Part shown: positions 1 to 11,900 of the stretch, in pieces
Layout of the letters: every line of letters starts with the position of its first letter
How positions within the stretch are numbered: the stretch's first letter is position 1
DNA from: Catajapyx aquilonaris
Lineage: Eukaryota
Assembly: GCA_000934665.2 (NCBI GenBank)
Contig: KZ538026.1
Span: 62,001-126,000 of the forward strand
Reading direction: 5' to 3'
Length of the DNA stretch: 64,000 nt
Position numbers and translations under genes: made by a program
The notes under the pieces: generated by a model
What the model saw: only the letters and a program-made list of their open reading frames with translations
Databases searched by the model: none
Told to the model about the DNA's origin: nothing

Positions 1-3000
1 TTGACTACAATTTGCAATTAATTAGTCCGTCATGTCGCCAATCTTGGCTTACAAGAATAGGATGCAGATGCTGCTCCGAAATTTTTGTATACGAAAGGCT
101 CTGGCAACAACGGATTGTTTTCTTTCATCGTTATTCCNGGGGGGGGGGGGAACGCGGTGTAAAAAGCTTTCAAGATCCTTGTCTCGCCATTTTCGACCGA
201 TATTGATTGCTTCTCTCGGGCCTTTCCGTCGGTGTGTAAATAAGATTTTCCAGGGGTTGGTGTGGGTGGAAAGGACGGATTTTCCTGAGGTGTCAATGCG
301 ACTTGGGAGAGAGAGTCTCTGTTCTGAATATTCAATAGGCGTCACGGCGCGTGTAGGCAGACACAAAAGCACTTCATTATTAATTCGTCAGCAGTACTTG
401 CAAGAAATCATGCACCGTTTTACTGCAGGAAATAATAACTTTTCTTTTGCTCATTGCTCAACGTGACAGTTCATAACACGCTCCAATTATTTGCAACATT
501 TTCGCGACGTTTAGACCTCGGATACCATAGTAAATCGTCCGATACGGCCAGAAGGAAAGGGATGCCATTTACATAGCCAAGGCTCTACCTTTTCGCGTTA
601 ATATTTACAGCATTTACATACTAAATGAGGCCGGATGATAGCCTTGTCGGATTTCAAGACTAAAACCAATACGCTAGAGTCTTGCCTCCGGACGCCAGGC
701 TTTTCTATATACAGGGTGTTCCAATATCTGTGCAGTTTTTCTGCACCCCCATCACACGGTCCCCGTGTAAGTGAGACCTCTCTGAATTTGGTGCGGCTGG
801 TTTAGCTGGTCCGCCACCACTTTTCCGAATGGATTCCCGGGCCGTTTCATCGCAAAAACGGTGCCGGGGTGATTATGGCCTGGTTAGTTGGGTTTAGGCC
901 CGGGCTGACACTCCTGGCTGTGTTCCCCCCTGGGTGCAAAACCTGCTGGGAGTTTGGGTTGACAACAAACATGCTTGCAACAAACGGGGGTGTCCCTTCA
1001 AAACAAAACGAGTGCGATTGTATGTGTGTGAGCCCATGAAAATCGGGGGGGCTGAGTTTCCACTTCTTTGGAGCTGCAGAACACACCGACCCTAATTGGT
1101 GTGCACACCAGTGAGGGGGGCATCTAACTTGGGTTAATCAAGGCCGGCATTTTTTGGTTCGCCACCGGATCCTAATAGGGGGGGCAGCTTTCTGTCCGAA
1201 TTTGCATGAAACAATGGGGGTTCAGATGAAGGGAAAATAGGGAAAGAGTTGGCCTGCAAGGTGCCTATGGGAATACATTTAAAAAAATGCATGCAGTAAA
1301 CTTGACGTTTGCTAATCCGCTTTATCCAAAGAATATTCAGTGTTGAATATTTTACGCCTGCGAGATATACTGTCCGTGATACAAGGGTGCGGTTGTATAC
1401 ATCACAGGATAAACCGAAAGCAAAAGAAATGTACTGGCTTTTCATAGTGGAACCAAATGATGTTAAACATATATTTAGTGGGGAACAACTGGCATAAACT
1501 GTGTATAATAAAAGCAACCTCAGTTCCATCATTAATATGGAAATTAACGGGCTCTTAAACAGCCTCTGTGCAACTCACTTAGTTGTAAAACCGTCCTCAC
1601 TAGGCCGCCACTATCTTCGGGGAGAACCGTCTTTTTTTAATTTTTTTAGTTGCTTATTTGGTGACGTCTCGTAATTGGGAGGTCTGTTTACGACCAAGAC
1701 ACTGGTACACCACTCTCCGGCTGTTTACACATAATAAAAAGGTCCACATGGTGCGGACATTCCGTGGGCACTTTGGACCTCGTTATACCCATTTTCACTC
1801 CCCATTGGACGGGGGAAAGAGCAGGGCTAAAAAACAGTCACACAAACGCCGTCTAGTAGCCCACTAAAAAAAAAATACGAATCGTTATTAGAACGCTGAT
1901 GAGAAGGATTTAAAGGGCTTATCTGGCTCTCATTTTTCAGCGAACTCCTGGAATTAAATTCCTTCAGCTAACTGTAACCCTCTGCGAATAGGCGATAAAC
2001 AAGACTTATGAATGCGAGCAGCGAAGGAGCAGGGATTAAACGTGAGATCTGGGAAGAAAAAAGTAATTTGTTCCCTTGCTTCACTTTTTTGTATAAAGCA
2101 TGATGCTCTCTCGATTTAATCCTCGTGAACTTTTCCTTTTCGCAAATGAAAAAAATTTGCGCTAGAGACGAAACAGTGCAAAAATAAAAGAACGTGGAGG
2201 TTATTGATAGTGTGCGAACAGGAGAGAACAAAAATATACAAGTGTCAGGTTTCGGGGATGGGATATTTCCATTGCGGATCGTTCAGTGGAAATGAAAATT
2301 CATAGCCGCAGAAATTTCCATGCTGGCCAGTCGCGTCCCATTTTACGACGTCAATTTACGGCTGGTTTAGAGCCGGATGGAGATCATTTCGCACTAAAAA
2401 TGATATACGGAATATTTTCAGCGCTGTCTGTGTGTGTGTGTTTTTTTTAAGGGGGGCAGGCATGTGCGTTGAAAGAGCCATTTTTGGTCAAATGAATCCA
2501 TCAGCTTCCTGTAATGTCTCTGGTTCCTAAAGCGATGATTGGCAGTTTATACAACGAACACTTACAGCTTTAGGCCTCTTGGGATTTTGCACCAATTATT
2601 TCGAATCAGATTAACAGCTGCGGAAAAAAAAGTGTTTGTCACATAATTACAACACGAAGCTGTGAATGCCTCTCAAGGCCAATAAAAACGCCCATGGCGA
2701 ACACAGGCGCAGTTATTGGCAAACAGCATCGGACAATATTGTGTCGATATTTGGTACCAATGCGGAAACCCAAAATATTTTCCAAGGGACGAGTTATCTT
2801 TTATCATTTTTTCCCCCCCTCCTTCCTTCGGCCGGATCCATTTTTATAGCTCATACCACTGCGGAACTCTGGAGCTCCACTGCCCCCATTATGGTCACGT
2901 TTTGGCTCCAGGGATCCACCCTACCCACAATCCCAAATAACCTTCCTTCCTGAGGGCCAGCTAGCATCACACAGCAACTGGGGTCTACCAATTTCACGCT

Positions 3001-4385
3001 CCCAGGCCTTGTTTCGCTCCCAAGCCGTCATTGGAAATGGGCTTTTTTGCAAAGTCCAAGACAGATTCCAATATCCAAGAGAGGGACTGGGGTGGCTCTC
3101 CCGTTTTTTTCTTCCAAGACACTTAGATGGCGCTCGATCAGTGATTGAGTGACGCCACCGACAGAGGATCTGAAATCTTGTTACCTGCTCGTAAATTGGT
3201 TCGCTCAACTGAAATAATTGCTAGCATCCAAACATGGGAGTAAACCCCCTCGGATGGTAATAACCCATCCCGATTGCATGATTTCAACCTTGCGGGACGC
3301 CACCACTAGATGGGTCCATAACAAATTAAACGGCTGTTCAGCATGGCGTCCCCTCCCACCAAAGTGCGTATGAGCCTCTGAATCCAATCTTGGCTGTCTC
3401 AGTCTTTAGAACTTAATTGATTCCCCGTTATACAAGGCGGCGGTGGTAATAAAGGCCGTCTAAACTTGCTAGACCGCGGAGGCGCTGAGATGGCGGGCCC
3501 TGTACCGCAAAGTGCAGGCTTCCAATTATTAGTAGGGGTGCACGAGGCTGAGATAACTTTGGGAGCTAATGGCCCCTAGGCTGGACCTAAATGCTCGCCA
3601 GCTAAGTGCTATGGGCCCCAAGAGTTGAGAGGCCGAATCTCCCAGACATTGCATGGCGCGGTACCGTGCCAGAAGGTCACACCCAAATTAATTTTATCGC
3701 TTCCATTCATTCAGATTCTAAGAGGCCATCAGCCAGCCATTTTTAACGCCCCTTTTCTGTATAGTTAAGTCAATTCGAGCGAGATTGATCTTCCATTGCA
3801 GTTAAACTGTTGCTGAGATTAATTCCTTCTTCGCCAGTTCCAACGGAGGCCGGTAATTTGGCTTTTGGCCCCCGTCTCCCGGGCCTCTAAAGCGTATCCT
3901 TCCTTCGCTGTGGAGAAGGGAGCAACAAATCACCAAAGTACACACAATAGAAAGGAGGCCTTCCTTCCTTCCCTGCCTGGATCCCTCCATGAATAATAAC
4001 CCGCCTCCTTTAACAATCGCGACTAATGGTGCTGTCTAGGTAATTATCACCTCGTTACCTCCCCTCATCTTCAAGCCGGAGACGCCTCTCCAATACAGAC
4101 AAGGACGAATGCTCCTTGAGGACAGTGTAATATACAGCTTGTAAAATAATGAACTTTGTGTTTTAAAAAAAGGCAAGTTTGCACACAGTCGCTCGTGCTG
4201 ACAAAATCCATCAATCAATCGGTCGATGAACGCCACTTTCTTTGCATACCCGTTTGCATACCAACGATTTGCGATTTAGATCCACTGGCAGTAACACTTT
4301 TGGTGACGTCATGAAAGAGCCATTACCGCTCTTCAATGAACTAAACATCCGACTATCAACGATCCAAATAAAAGTGTGTACTCAC

Positions 4386-4627
4386 TGAAGTCGATCAAGT
4401 GTGACCCAGGCCATCCGAATCCAAGCAGAGCCGCCAGCCTGGTGACCATTCGTGACACCCAGCTTCTTTTGGCTTCCCTGTGGTCCTCGATCACCCTCTG
4501 GAAATCACTGTCCACTGGAAGTACAGTGGTCACTATGATGCGAGTCGGAGGCCCGACCACCATCCTCCGAAGCTGTGTTTCTCTGTGGACACCGTACATG
4601 ATGGTTCCGCACCGATCGGTCGCAACA
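4386..4627 (-). CDS. Candidate coding exon of an unidentified minus-strand gene (ATG at 4599)
   Basis: Good acceptor TTTTTTCATTCTTAG ending at 4628 and consensus donor GTGAGT starting at 4385. The enclosed GC-rich frame is open: MYGVHRETQLRRMVVGPPTRIIVTTVLPVDSDFQRVIEDHREAKRSWVSRMVTRLAALLGFGWPGSHLIDF. No family recognised. Confidence 0.4.
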
Positions 4628-6702
4628 CTAAGAATGAAAAAAGGTACGGTTTGGTGAGCACAACCTTCGCACTGACCCAGCCTAAACACCCTCTCAGAAA
4701 AACCAGGAACTCTTGCCAACACCTCTTAGAAACTGCACACACACAAAAAAAACTTCCTCTTCCAAGCATAAACCGTGCAGATATGACTCATTTGTTCGGC
4801 CTATTTTGCCAGTAAGCATAAGTACCATTTCCTTTTACGAATACGCACCTGGACTAACTCCAAGTTTCTCAATTGCAGTGATGTATGGAAGGCAAAAGGC
4901 AGATCAAAAGGATTCCTTGCCAACTTTTTTTTTCTTGCATACCGTGAAAACAACGCGGTGCAAATTATTACCTGCGTTTAATATCTAGTTACCTAATGAG
5001 TGACAAGACATAGTGCAGCTAAAATATATGACGGCAGCAAAAATTCACGTTGCCAAACTTTTCGAGGGGGGGCTAACCAGACACACACGTGCCCTTGTCT
5101 GGTGTAGCTATAAATGGATAACAAAAACCACGATTTTATTTTGAGGCCTTCTATTTTAAATGCTGGGCCAGATTTAGTTTTTGAGATGCTTTTACATGCT
5201 GGAAATAAACTCTGGAAGTATTTTAAAAAAAGAAGCCAAGCTGACTTTTCCGCCAAAACAAAGCCTTTGAACAACATAAATAGACATTTTTTTTTATCTT
5301 GTCGTCATGCACCGTTGAATGTTGCTGCTTCAGAATGGTTGTGTAATGCTGGATCATTGCGGTGGTGGTTCAAGTTCAAGCTTACGTATCCGTAATTCGT
5401 CTTCATTACGGAACTCCGAGCAGTAATTATACTTGGCGTCTAATCTGCCCGGAATTAGTATAAATGATGCAGCCTACTGACGAACACGCGTTAAAAATTA
5501 ACCAGTTAGCCAGAATTCATGTTCAAGAAGAAGAAGAAGAAAAAAATTGCGAATTCATAAATTCACGCAAATCCGACTTCCAATTTTTTGATACCAATCT
5601 TCAATTTCGGTTGGATCAAAAATGATTTCCAACTTTTTTTGACAGGTAATGCTTCAGAATTTATATCTGAAAAACTGGTTATATCACCAAATTTTTATCC
5701 ACATTACTTTCCAAGCTTCTTATCCGTTTCACCCTTCCGTTTCTTTAACTCTTGTGGAGAGAGAGAAAAAAAAAATCTGGCCTGTGTTAAGCCCGAAAAT
5801 TGCGTGCAGAAAAATCCTTCAGATCTGCTATGAAGTGAGAAGAAATCAGCATACAAAAAGGAGGGTCTTAACAGATCAATATTGGAAATTCCCTTCTGCT
5901 TCTCATGACCACTTTAAAAAAAAATCCCATAAAGCACATTTTTTTCTCCTTCTCCCAAATGTGTTGGCTCCAAAAGTTCCGAGTGATTTCCAACTCGGGG
6001 TTAACCCCAAAAGCGGAGGCAATTTCTTGGTGATCGATCTTTTTTTTAAAAAAAAAAAAAGTGTGTGCTGTGATGTACACTGGTCCGGGCCAGTGTCCAA
6101 AAAAAATTCACTCTCTCTCTGCCTGTCTGGTCGAAACAATTCAAGCTTCAAGGATTTTCGAGGCCTGTTGTGATGTCCGGCAAGGAAAACCACTGACGCC
6201 AGCAACTGCTTTCTTGGCACCGAAATTTTGGGTGTTGGCCCTAAAACTAGCTTTAGGACTGTTTTGCGGCCGGGTTTATACACATCTGCCAAGCAACGTA
6301 ATGGAGGTAACTAAAACCCCCCTGTGAGTTACTACCAGGGTGTTAAAATCATCTTCCATAGCAGGTATCAAGGTTATTTCCGGGGGGGCTGCCATCATGC
6401 CATCATCAATAATCACGCGGTGGTTTGCAGACGAGTAAACACTCTAAAGAAGTTGCGAAATTATCTTGTAAAGTATTGAGCAATTTCATCCAAGATTACG
6501 ATGTTGTTTGGATTACACATGGGAAGGGACCTACTACTACTACTACAAAAAATAAAGAAACCATGACATTGCTCGTGGATGGCGTGCACACACACATTTC
6601 ATAATACATGTCATCCTAAATATAGACGCGCTGCTTTCCCTATCATGCGTTCGGCTTTCCCATGCCGTGTCAACCTTGATGACAATCCCATCTATTGGCA
6701 TG

Positions 6703-6801
6703 TATATAAAGAGACACGAGTGAGAGTTTCTCGCTTACACTCATCAAAAGATTTTCATCCAAGCTACTGGTTGATTGCGGTAAACAGACTAATATGTAAG
6801 T
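6703..6801 (+). promoter_or_regulatory. Putative TATA promoter and short first exon of the secreted-peptide gene
   Basis: TATATAAA at 6703-6710 and a consensus donor GTAAGT at 6796-6801. Joining 6795 to 8237 gives AT+G ATG AAG, an in-frame ATG ATG. Confidence 0.55.
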
Positions 6802-7876
6802 AACCATTAATTATTATCGAATATACACTATTTTTTTAAATAATTCAATATTGGCCATTAGCATGCTGGCCTTCTCAACATTACTAATAAAAATTTTATG
6901 GCAAAGATGCAAATAAAAGTTGCCATAATTATTGCAGACAAATGCATGTTGACAGAACATGTGACATACACATCTGGATATTTCCATGCAAAAAGTATAC
7001 AACAATTTACAATGTATACAAGAATTTCTCACATACTGTACATTTAAGTTAACAACACTGTTTACTTCCAACGTGGCAGGAATGTTTTGTTCTGAGGTTC
7101 CGCATAAATCTTAATAATTCCACAAGCAAGGTCTATAGTGTTTCTTATTCAGTGAACTGTGGTTTCTATCACATAAGAACTCAGTAACAGTGAGTGAAAA
7201 GTACTTTTATATTTATCTTTGCACTGTAATGACTTATTCAAAATAAAAATTCGAACTTTTAAACACCATCATTGTCGTGTAAGTCACAATTTTTAGACCT
7301 TTTTATATAAAAAAATTCAGGTACAAAGCAAAAATCTAAGAGTAATGTTGATATTAATCCTTATATTCTCACTATGCAGTAGTACCCTTAAAATAATGAC
7401 AGTTTTTGGGTAATTTTTGTCTGAAATTTTCTTGGCTGTTTAATTTTTGTCGCTTGGATGCTACTGTCACTATTGTTTCCCAGTACGTAGTTAAAATGGC
7501 GCTTAAATTAGCAAAAATGAAGAAAAATCAAATAGCAAAGTTAAAGCAAGAAGGAATAAGTTAGAGCTGGTTAAGATAAGTGCATTTGAAGGCAACTATA
7601 GAAAAACCCTCGCTTTGGTCACATTTTTTCTATGGAGCAGGCCAAGAAGGCCACCTTCTTCTTTCACTTTTTCTAGGCCCGCGACATGGGGTGGTGGAGG
7701 CCTAATTGTTAATCCTTCCAGACTTACAGCCAGTGATGATGCCTACCCCCGATTCGTATGCACCACCCCCATCCGTTCCTCCGTTTTAAGGTGCATTCAC
7801 ATATCCATGAATCCATATTAGAAGCGGTTCAAAATTCGACCACAATTGATTATTATGCAGTTGAATTTTCCATTAT

Positions 7877-8164
7877 AGCAACGTTCCAAACAAAGGGTCA
7901 CCAACACACAGCCACGCTCCAAACAAAGGGTCACCAACATGCAGCAATGTTCCAAACAAAGGGTTGCCAACACTGCACTGTTCCAAACAAAGGGTTACCA
8001 ATACACAGCAACATTCCAAACAAAGGGTCACCAACACACAGCAAAGTTCCAAACAAAGGGTCACCAACACACAGCAACATTCCAAACAAAAGGTTACCAA
8101 CACTCAGCAAGGTTCCAAACAAAGGGTTACCAACATACAGCAATGTTCCAAACAAATGGTTGCC
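7877..8164. repeat. 33-bp minisatellite, about 9 copies
   Basis: Tandem units of consensus AGCAACRTTCCAAACAAAGGGTYACCAACACAC. One unit is 2 nt shorter and the last is truncated. There are no unique spacers. The array explains the repetitive ORFs on both strands. Confidence 0.95.
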
Positions 8165-8237
8165 TGTCATATTGGATCAATTTAAAGGAATCCCGTACCC
8201 TGCAAATCATGATCCAACCTTCTGTCTTCTCCGCAGG

Positions 8238-8459
8238 ATGAAGTTTCTCCTCGCTGCCATGCTAATTGCATGCCTCCTCCTCCATGTCCAGCCGGCACCT
8301 ACCTGGCCGCAGTTTGGCAACGGAGGACAAAGACAGGGTCCAGGGAACGGACAGCAAGGGCAAGGTCGCTACAACCGCTTGTGCCGCGTACTGAGCCCTG
8401 ACAATTACGCCTTCCCCGGCAGAGCCCCTTACCCATCACAGCCAGTGTGCGTTTATTGA
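8238..8459 (+). CDS. Small secreted peptide precursor of unrecognised family (73 aa; 74 aa if the intron-split ATG is used)
   Basis: Translation: MKFLLAAMLIACLLLHVQPA PTWPQFGNGGQRQGPGNGQQGQGR YNRLCRVLSPDNYAFPGRAPYPSQPVCVY. It has a classic signal peptide and GC-rich codons in AT-rich flanks. A strong acceptor TCTGTCTTCTCCGCAG ends at 8236, and AATAAA lies at 8535-8540. Confidence 0.75.
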   Translation: MKFLLAAMLIACLLLHVQPAPTWPQFGNGGQRQGPGNGQQGQGRYNRLCRVLSPDNYAFPGRAPYPSQPVCVY

Positions 8460-8906
8460 ACTTGCTTTTTATTAACTCAGTTCCAACATGTACAACATTA
8501 CATGAAATGGGAAAAACAAGATCGCACCACTGCGAATAAAACCTGTGAGAATCTGATAACAAACCTTGACTAGGAGGAGTATTTTTTTTTTGTTGCACAT
8601 TTCACAGTTGACGGCACGAGGAACCCATGAGTTTCTGAGCAAGGTACATAGATAAACGCGACGATAATTGGAAGTTAACCTCCCAGCCAGTATCTGCCAC
8701 AAAATTCTGTACATTATATTAAAGCTGAAATTCTCACATCCGATTAAAATTCCTCAACATTTCTATTTCAGTGTAAGACAACACAGTAATAAGATGTTTT
8801 TGCCTGCGTACACTCTAACATCGGAAATTATTTGTGCTATTTCTACCTTACTCGGAAATTGGATCGTACCTTATGCTACCTTTCATCTTGATTGTCGTTT
8901 TTTTTT

Positions 8907-11900
8907 TCATTTCCAAACTTTGATGACCCCATCCCTTGAAGCGGAGACAACGAACAATTGGCTGGCCTGGCAGAGCGCAATGTCGCTGATGCAGTCGTGA
9001 TGACCCGCAGCAGGAAGCTCAGGCCGAGGGGACTCTTCCCCACCTGCCGGACCCCCTCGTGAAGTATAGTTTGGACGGGGTTTCGTATAAATCTCTTGGA
9101 TCACTTCCGTGCCATCTATTAGTCGAGTCCTGAAATAAAACAAGTGCCAATATGTGTAAAACAACCGTTCTATCCCAAGAAGAATGCTGCACTTACTGGT
9201 ACTTATACATGGCTGTCCCTGGAATGGCTGGAGGATCATTAGCTGCTGGAGCCATCACATAGCATCCGTTAGGCGAACCCATATCCCAGAACCTGAGTCG
9301 CATGTCAGTCCCGCCTGTGATGACGAAGGGAGTCTGATCCCCTCCCATCCCAAAAGTCATGGCGCACACGCTGTGAGGTGATGGCTGCTGCTGCGACAGT
9401 GCAGGAGACGGGCTGGCCCACAGTGCCGTCTGCCTACACTGCGTCTCCATATCCCATACACTAACTTCATTATTGCCTGCAACAACACATAGTCAGTCAC
9501 ATGCAACGTTGTTTCATGAAAATGCAATTATACCTTGAACGGATGAGGCGACCCACGGCTGGCTGGCCACTGGATGCCTGGCAAGTCGCCTCACACGTGC
9601 ATTTCTAGGATGAATCACAGTCGATATGGGGAGCTGGAATCGGAGGTCCCAACAAACGTGGGCTCCTCCAGAAGTTCCGACAGCAAGCCAGTGCTGCCTG
9701 GCATCTGTGCAGAACGACGTAACCATTCCATGTCGGAGGTTGCTCTCCAGCTTCCAAGCGTTAAAAGGCGAGCGAAGGTCCCAGCCCACAAGGTATCCAT
9801 ACGCTGTTGCGTAAACCAGCACAGACTGGGAGCCAGAGTCGTAATAATTCATGTCTACTGCGCAGCCTTCTTCGCACATGTCAAGCTGCCTGGAGTACAG
9901 GAACGACACCTTGCTGCTGTGGCTTTCCATTCTGCGAATCGAGAATCAGGTAATCACTGACGCAAATTATTCAAGCTGTTGTGGAACATGACATAATATG
10001 GGGCATATACGCAAATTCAGGCAATAATTAGAATTTCGATCACTCCATATTGGAGCGTCATGAAAACCTGCAAGTGCGCCTGCAAAGTGCACTGCGGATC
10101 TTGCTGTCACACACCCTTTACAAGAGGGCTTTGATTCAAAGTCGTTTCGGTTCAATTAGCATTGCAGATGTGCTGCAAAGCCCTGTCCCTTTGAACTCAA
10201 TGAGGAAGTAATCACTCTGGAGGCTCAAGTTGGTTCCCCGGAAGAGAGATTTTTGCCGAACAGTGTTTTGTTAAGTGATTGCCTGCCAAAACTTTACAAA
10301 AACATTCTAGCTCACATTCGTTACAAACTCAAAGCGTAATGACCACTTGAAATAGTAAAAATTGGAATAAAAAGTTGCGTAAACTTGTCGTCAACCAAAT
10401 ATTGCGCATCAGATCATCACTCACCGGAAGACATGTATGCTTCCATTGTCGGCTGCTGCAGCTAGCGACTGGTGATTGTGGCAAACGGCAAGGGAGGTGA
10501 TGGGTCCTCCAACCCTGTTGTAAACGTGCCTTGATCTGTTGGCAATATTCCTTCCCTCCATCCGTCCGCAGTCCCACAACCGCACACTCCCATCGCTAGA
10601 TGAGCTCGCAAACACGGGAGTTCCTGGTACCACGGCCAGGCGAGTGATGGACCCACGATGCTCATGCAGGTGTGCCACCAGCTGACCTGTGGAAAAAAAA
10701 AACAAGTGGTAGCTCATATCGTAAGCAAACCAACTCCAGTTACCTTTAGGACACCAGCCCTGCGGTGCTTTCTGCGTGTCTCTACTCCCAGATCCTGCTC
10801 GGTCTGCCTCTCGTCGTGCCAACACGGCCATGGCATACTCTTCGCCTTTCTTCTGCAGTAATGTCTGGAGCTCGGCTTTGCATGGGGGGCATCGTTTCTG
10901 CACAAAGGTTTGGGCAGGCACCACCGCAGTGGGCTCCACCGGAAATTCATCTGGGGACTCCTCAACAGTTCCGGGGTTGCTCCCAGCCGATCCAAACATA
11001 TGCTGCCACTCCGCATTCATTGTAGGCGAATGAGGTGGTGCTGCGCGACGAGGAACCGGTGCTGGATCTGCGGCAGTGGGCGGCACCAGGTCACGACCTC
11101 GCAGTGGAACTATGGAGAGGTCAACCAGGCCGTCTTGGCTGCGTTCAACAGCAACTGCTCGGTGGCGATGGGTCTTGACGAGATGTTCCCGCATGGCCAG
11201 TAAGTACTCCTCAGCAGTCTCGTTCATACCTGGGGACAGCAAAAGATTGCTCACATTTGCACTGGTATATTGCGTCACTGATTACCTTCTGACGCAAGCC
11301 TTCTGAATAGGTTGCGCAACCCAGGAGGTATCTCTGGTGGAACTCCTCGTGTCCTTGCCCTCCTCACGTCTTCTAATGCTTGCAGAAAGGCTGCAGGGTC
11401 TGCACACTTCAGAACCGAGTCATACACAGTCCTCGGTAGTGGCGGACGTAGAGCTGACAACAGTATAACTTCCTTGTCTGCCTGAATCACTGGCCGCTCC
11501 AAGTAAGGACGGACTAAACCTAGGACTTTGCATTGCACATCGACCAAGTTCAGAGTACGTGCGGCCGCAGACACAAACCCAGCCATCGCCTGCCTCACCC
11601 ACACGCTCGGGTGAACCAGAAACGGTGCCGTTTCTGACAACAACTCGTACAATGCTAGTTTCTGCAGTAGTCCCAACTCGGTCAAAGTTGCCATCGCGTT
11701 GATTGACTTGCACATAACAAATTCCTCTGGGTCGCTCAAGCCTTGCTGCAACAAGGGCTTCAGTATGGACGAGCTTTGCCAGCCGACATATGTTGCTACT
11801 CCAACGATGCAATTGAAGAAGGAACCACGCAGGTCCTTATCTCCTTTGTCATTCAGGAATGTAATCATATGCGACAGCAACACATCATTGGCCTTCTGTC

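Noticed and set aside
7877..8164. Regular 33-bp repeat as a CRISPR array
   Set aside because: The units are directly tandem with no unique spacers, there are no cas genes, and the context is eukaryotic.
7758..8459. 233-aa ORF and the other repeat-derived ORFs as real proteins
   Set aside because: The upstream part is read-through of a stop-free minisatellite. A splice acceptor and signal peptide place the real start at 8237-8238.
9932..10424. 493-nt VPS15 intron as a snoRNA host
   Set aside because: The TGATGA overlaps the donor region, and I saw no properly spaced C/D pair with a terminal stem or an H/ACA fold.
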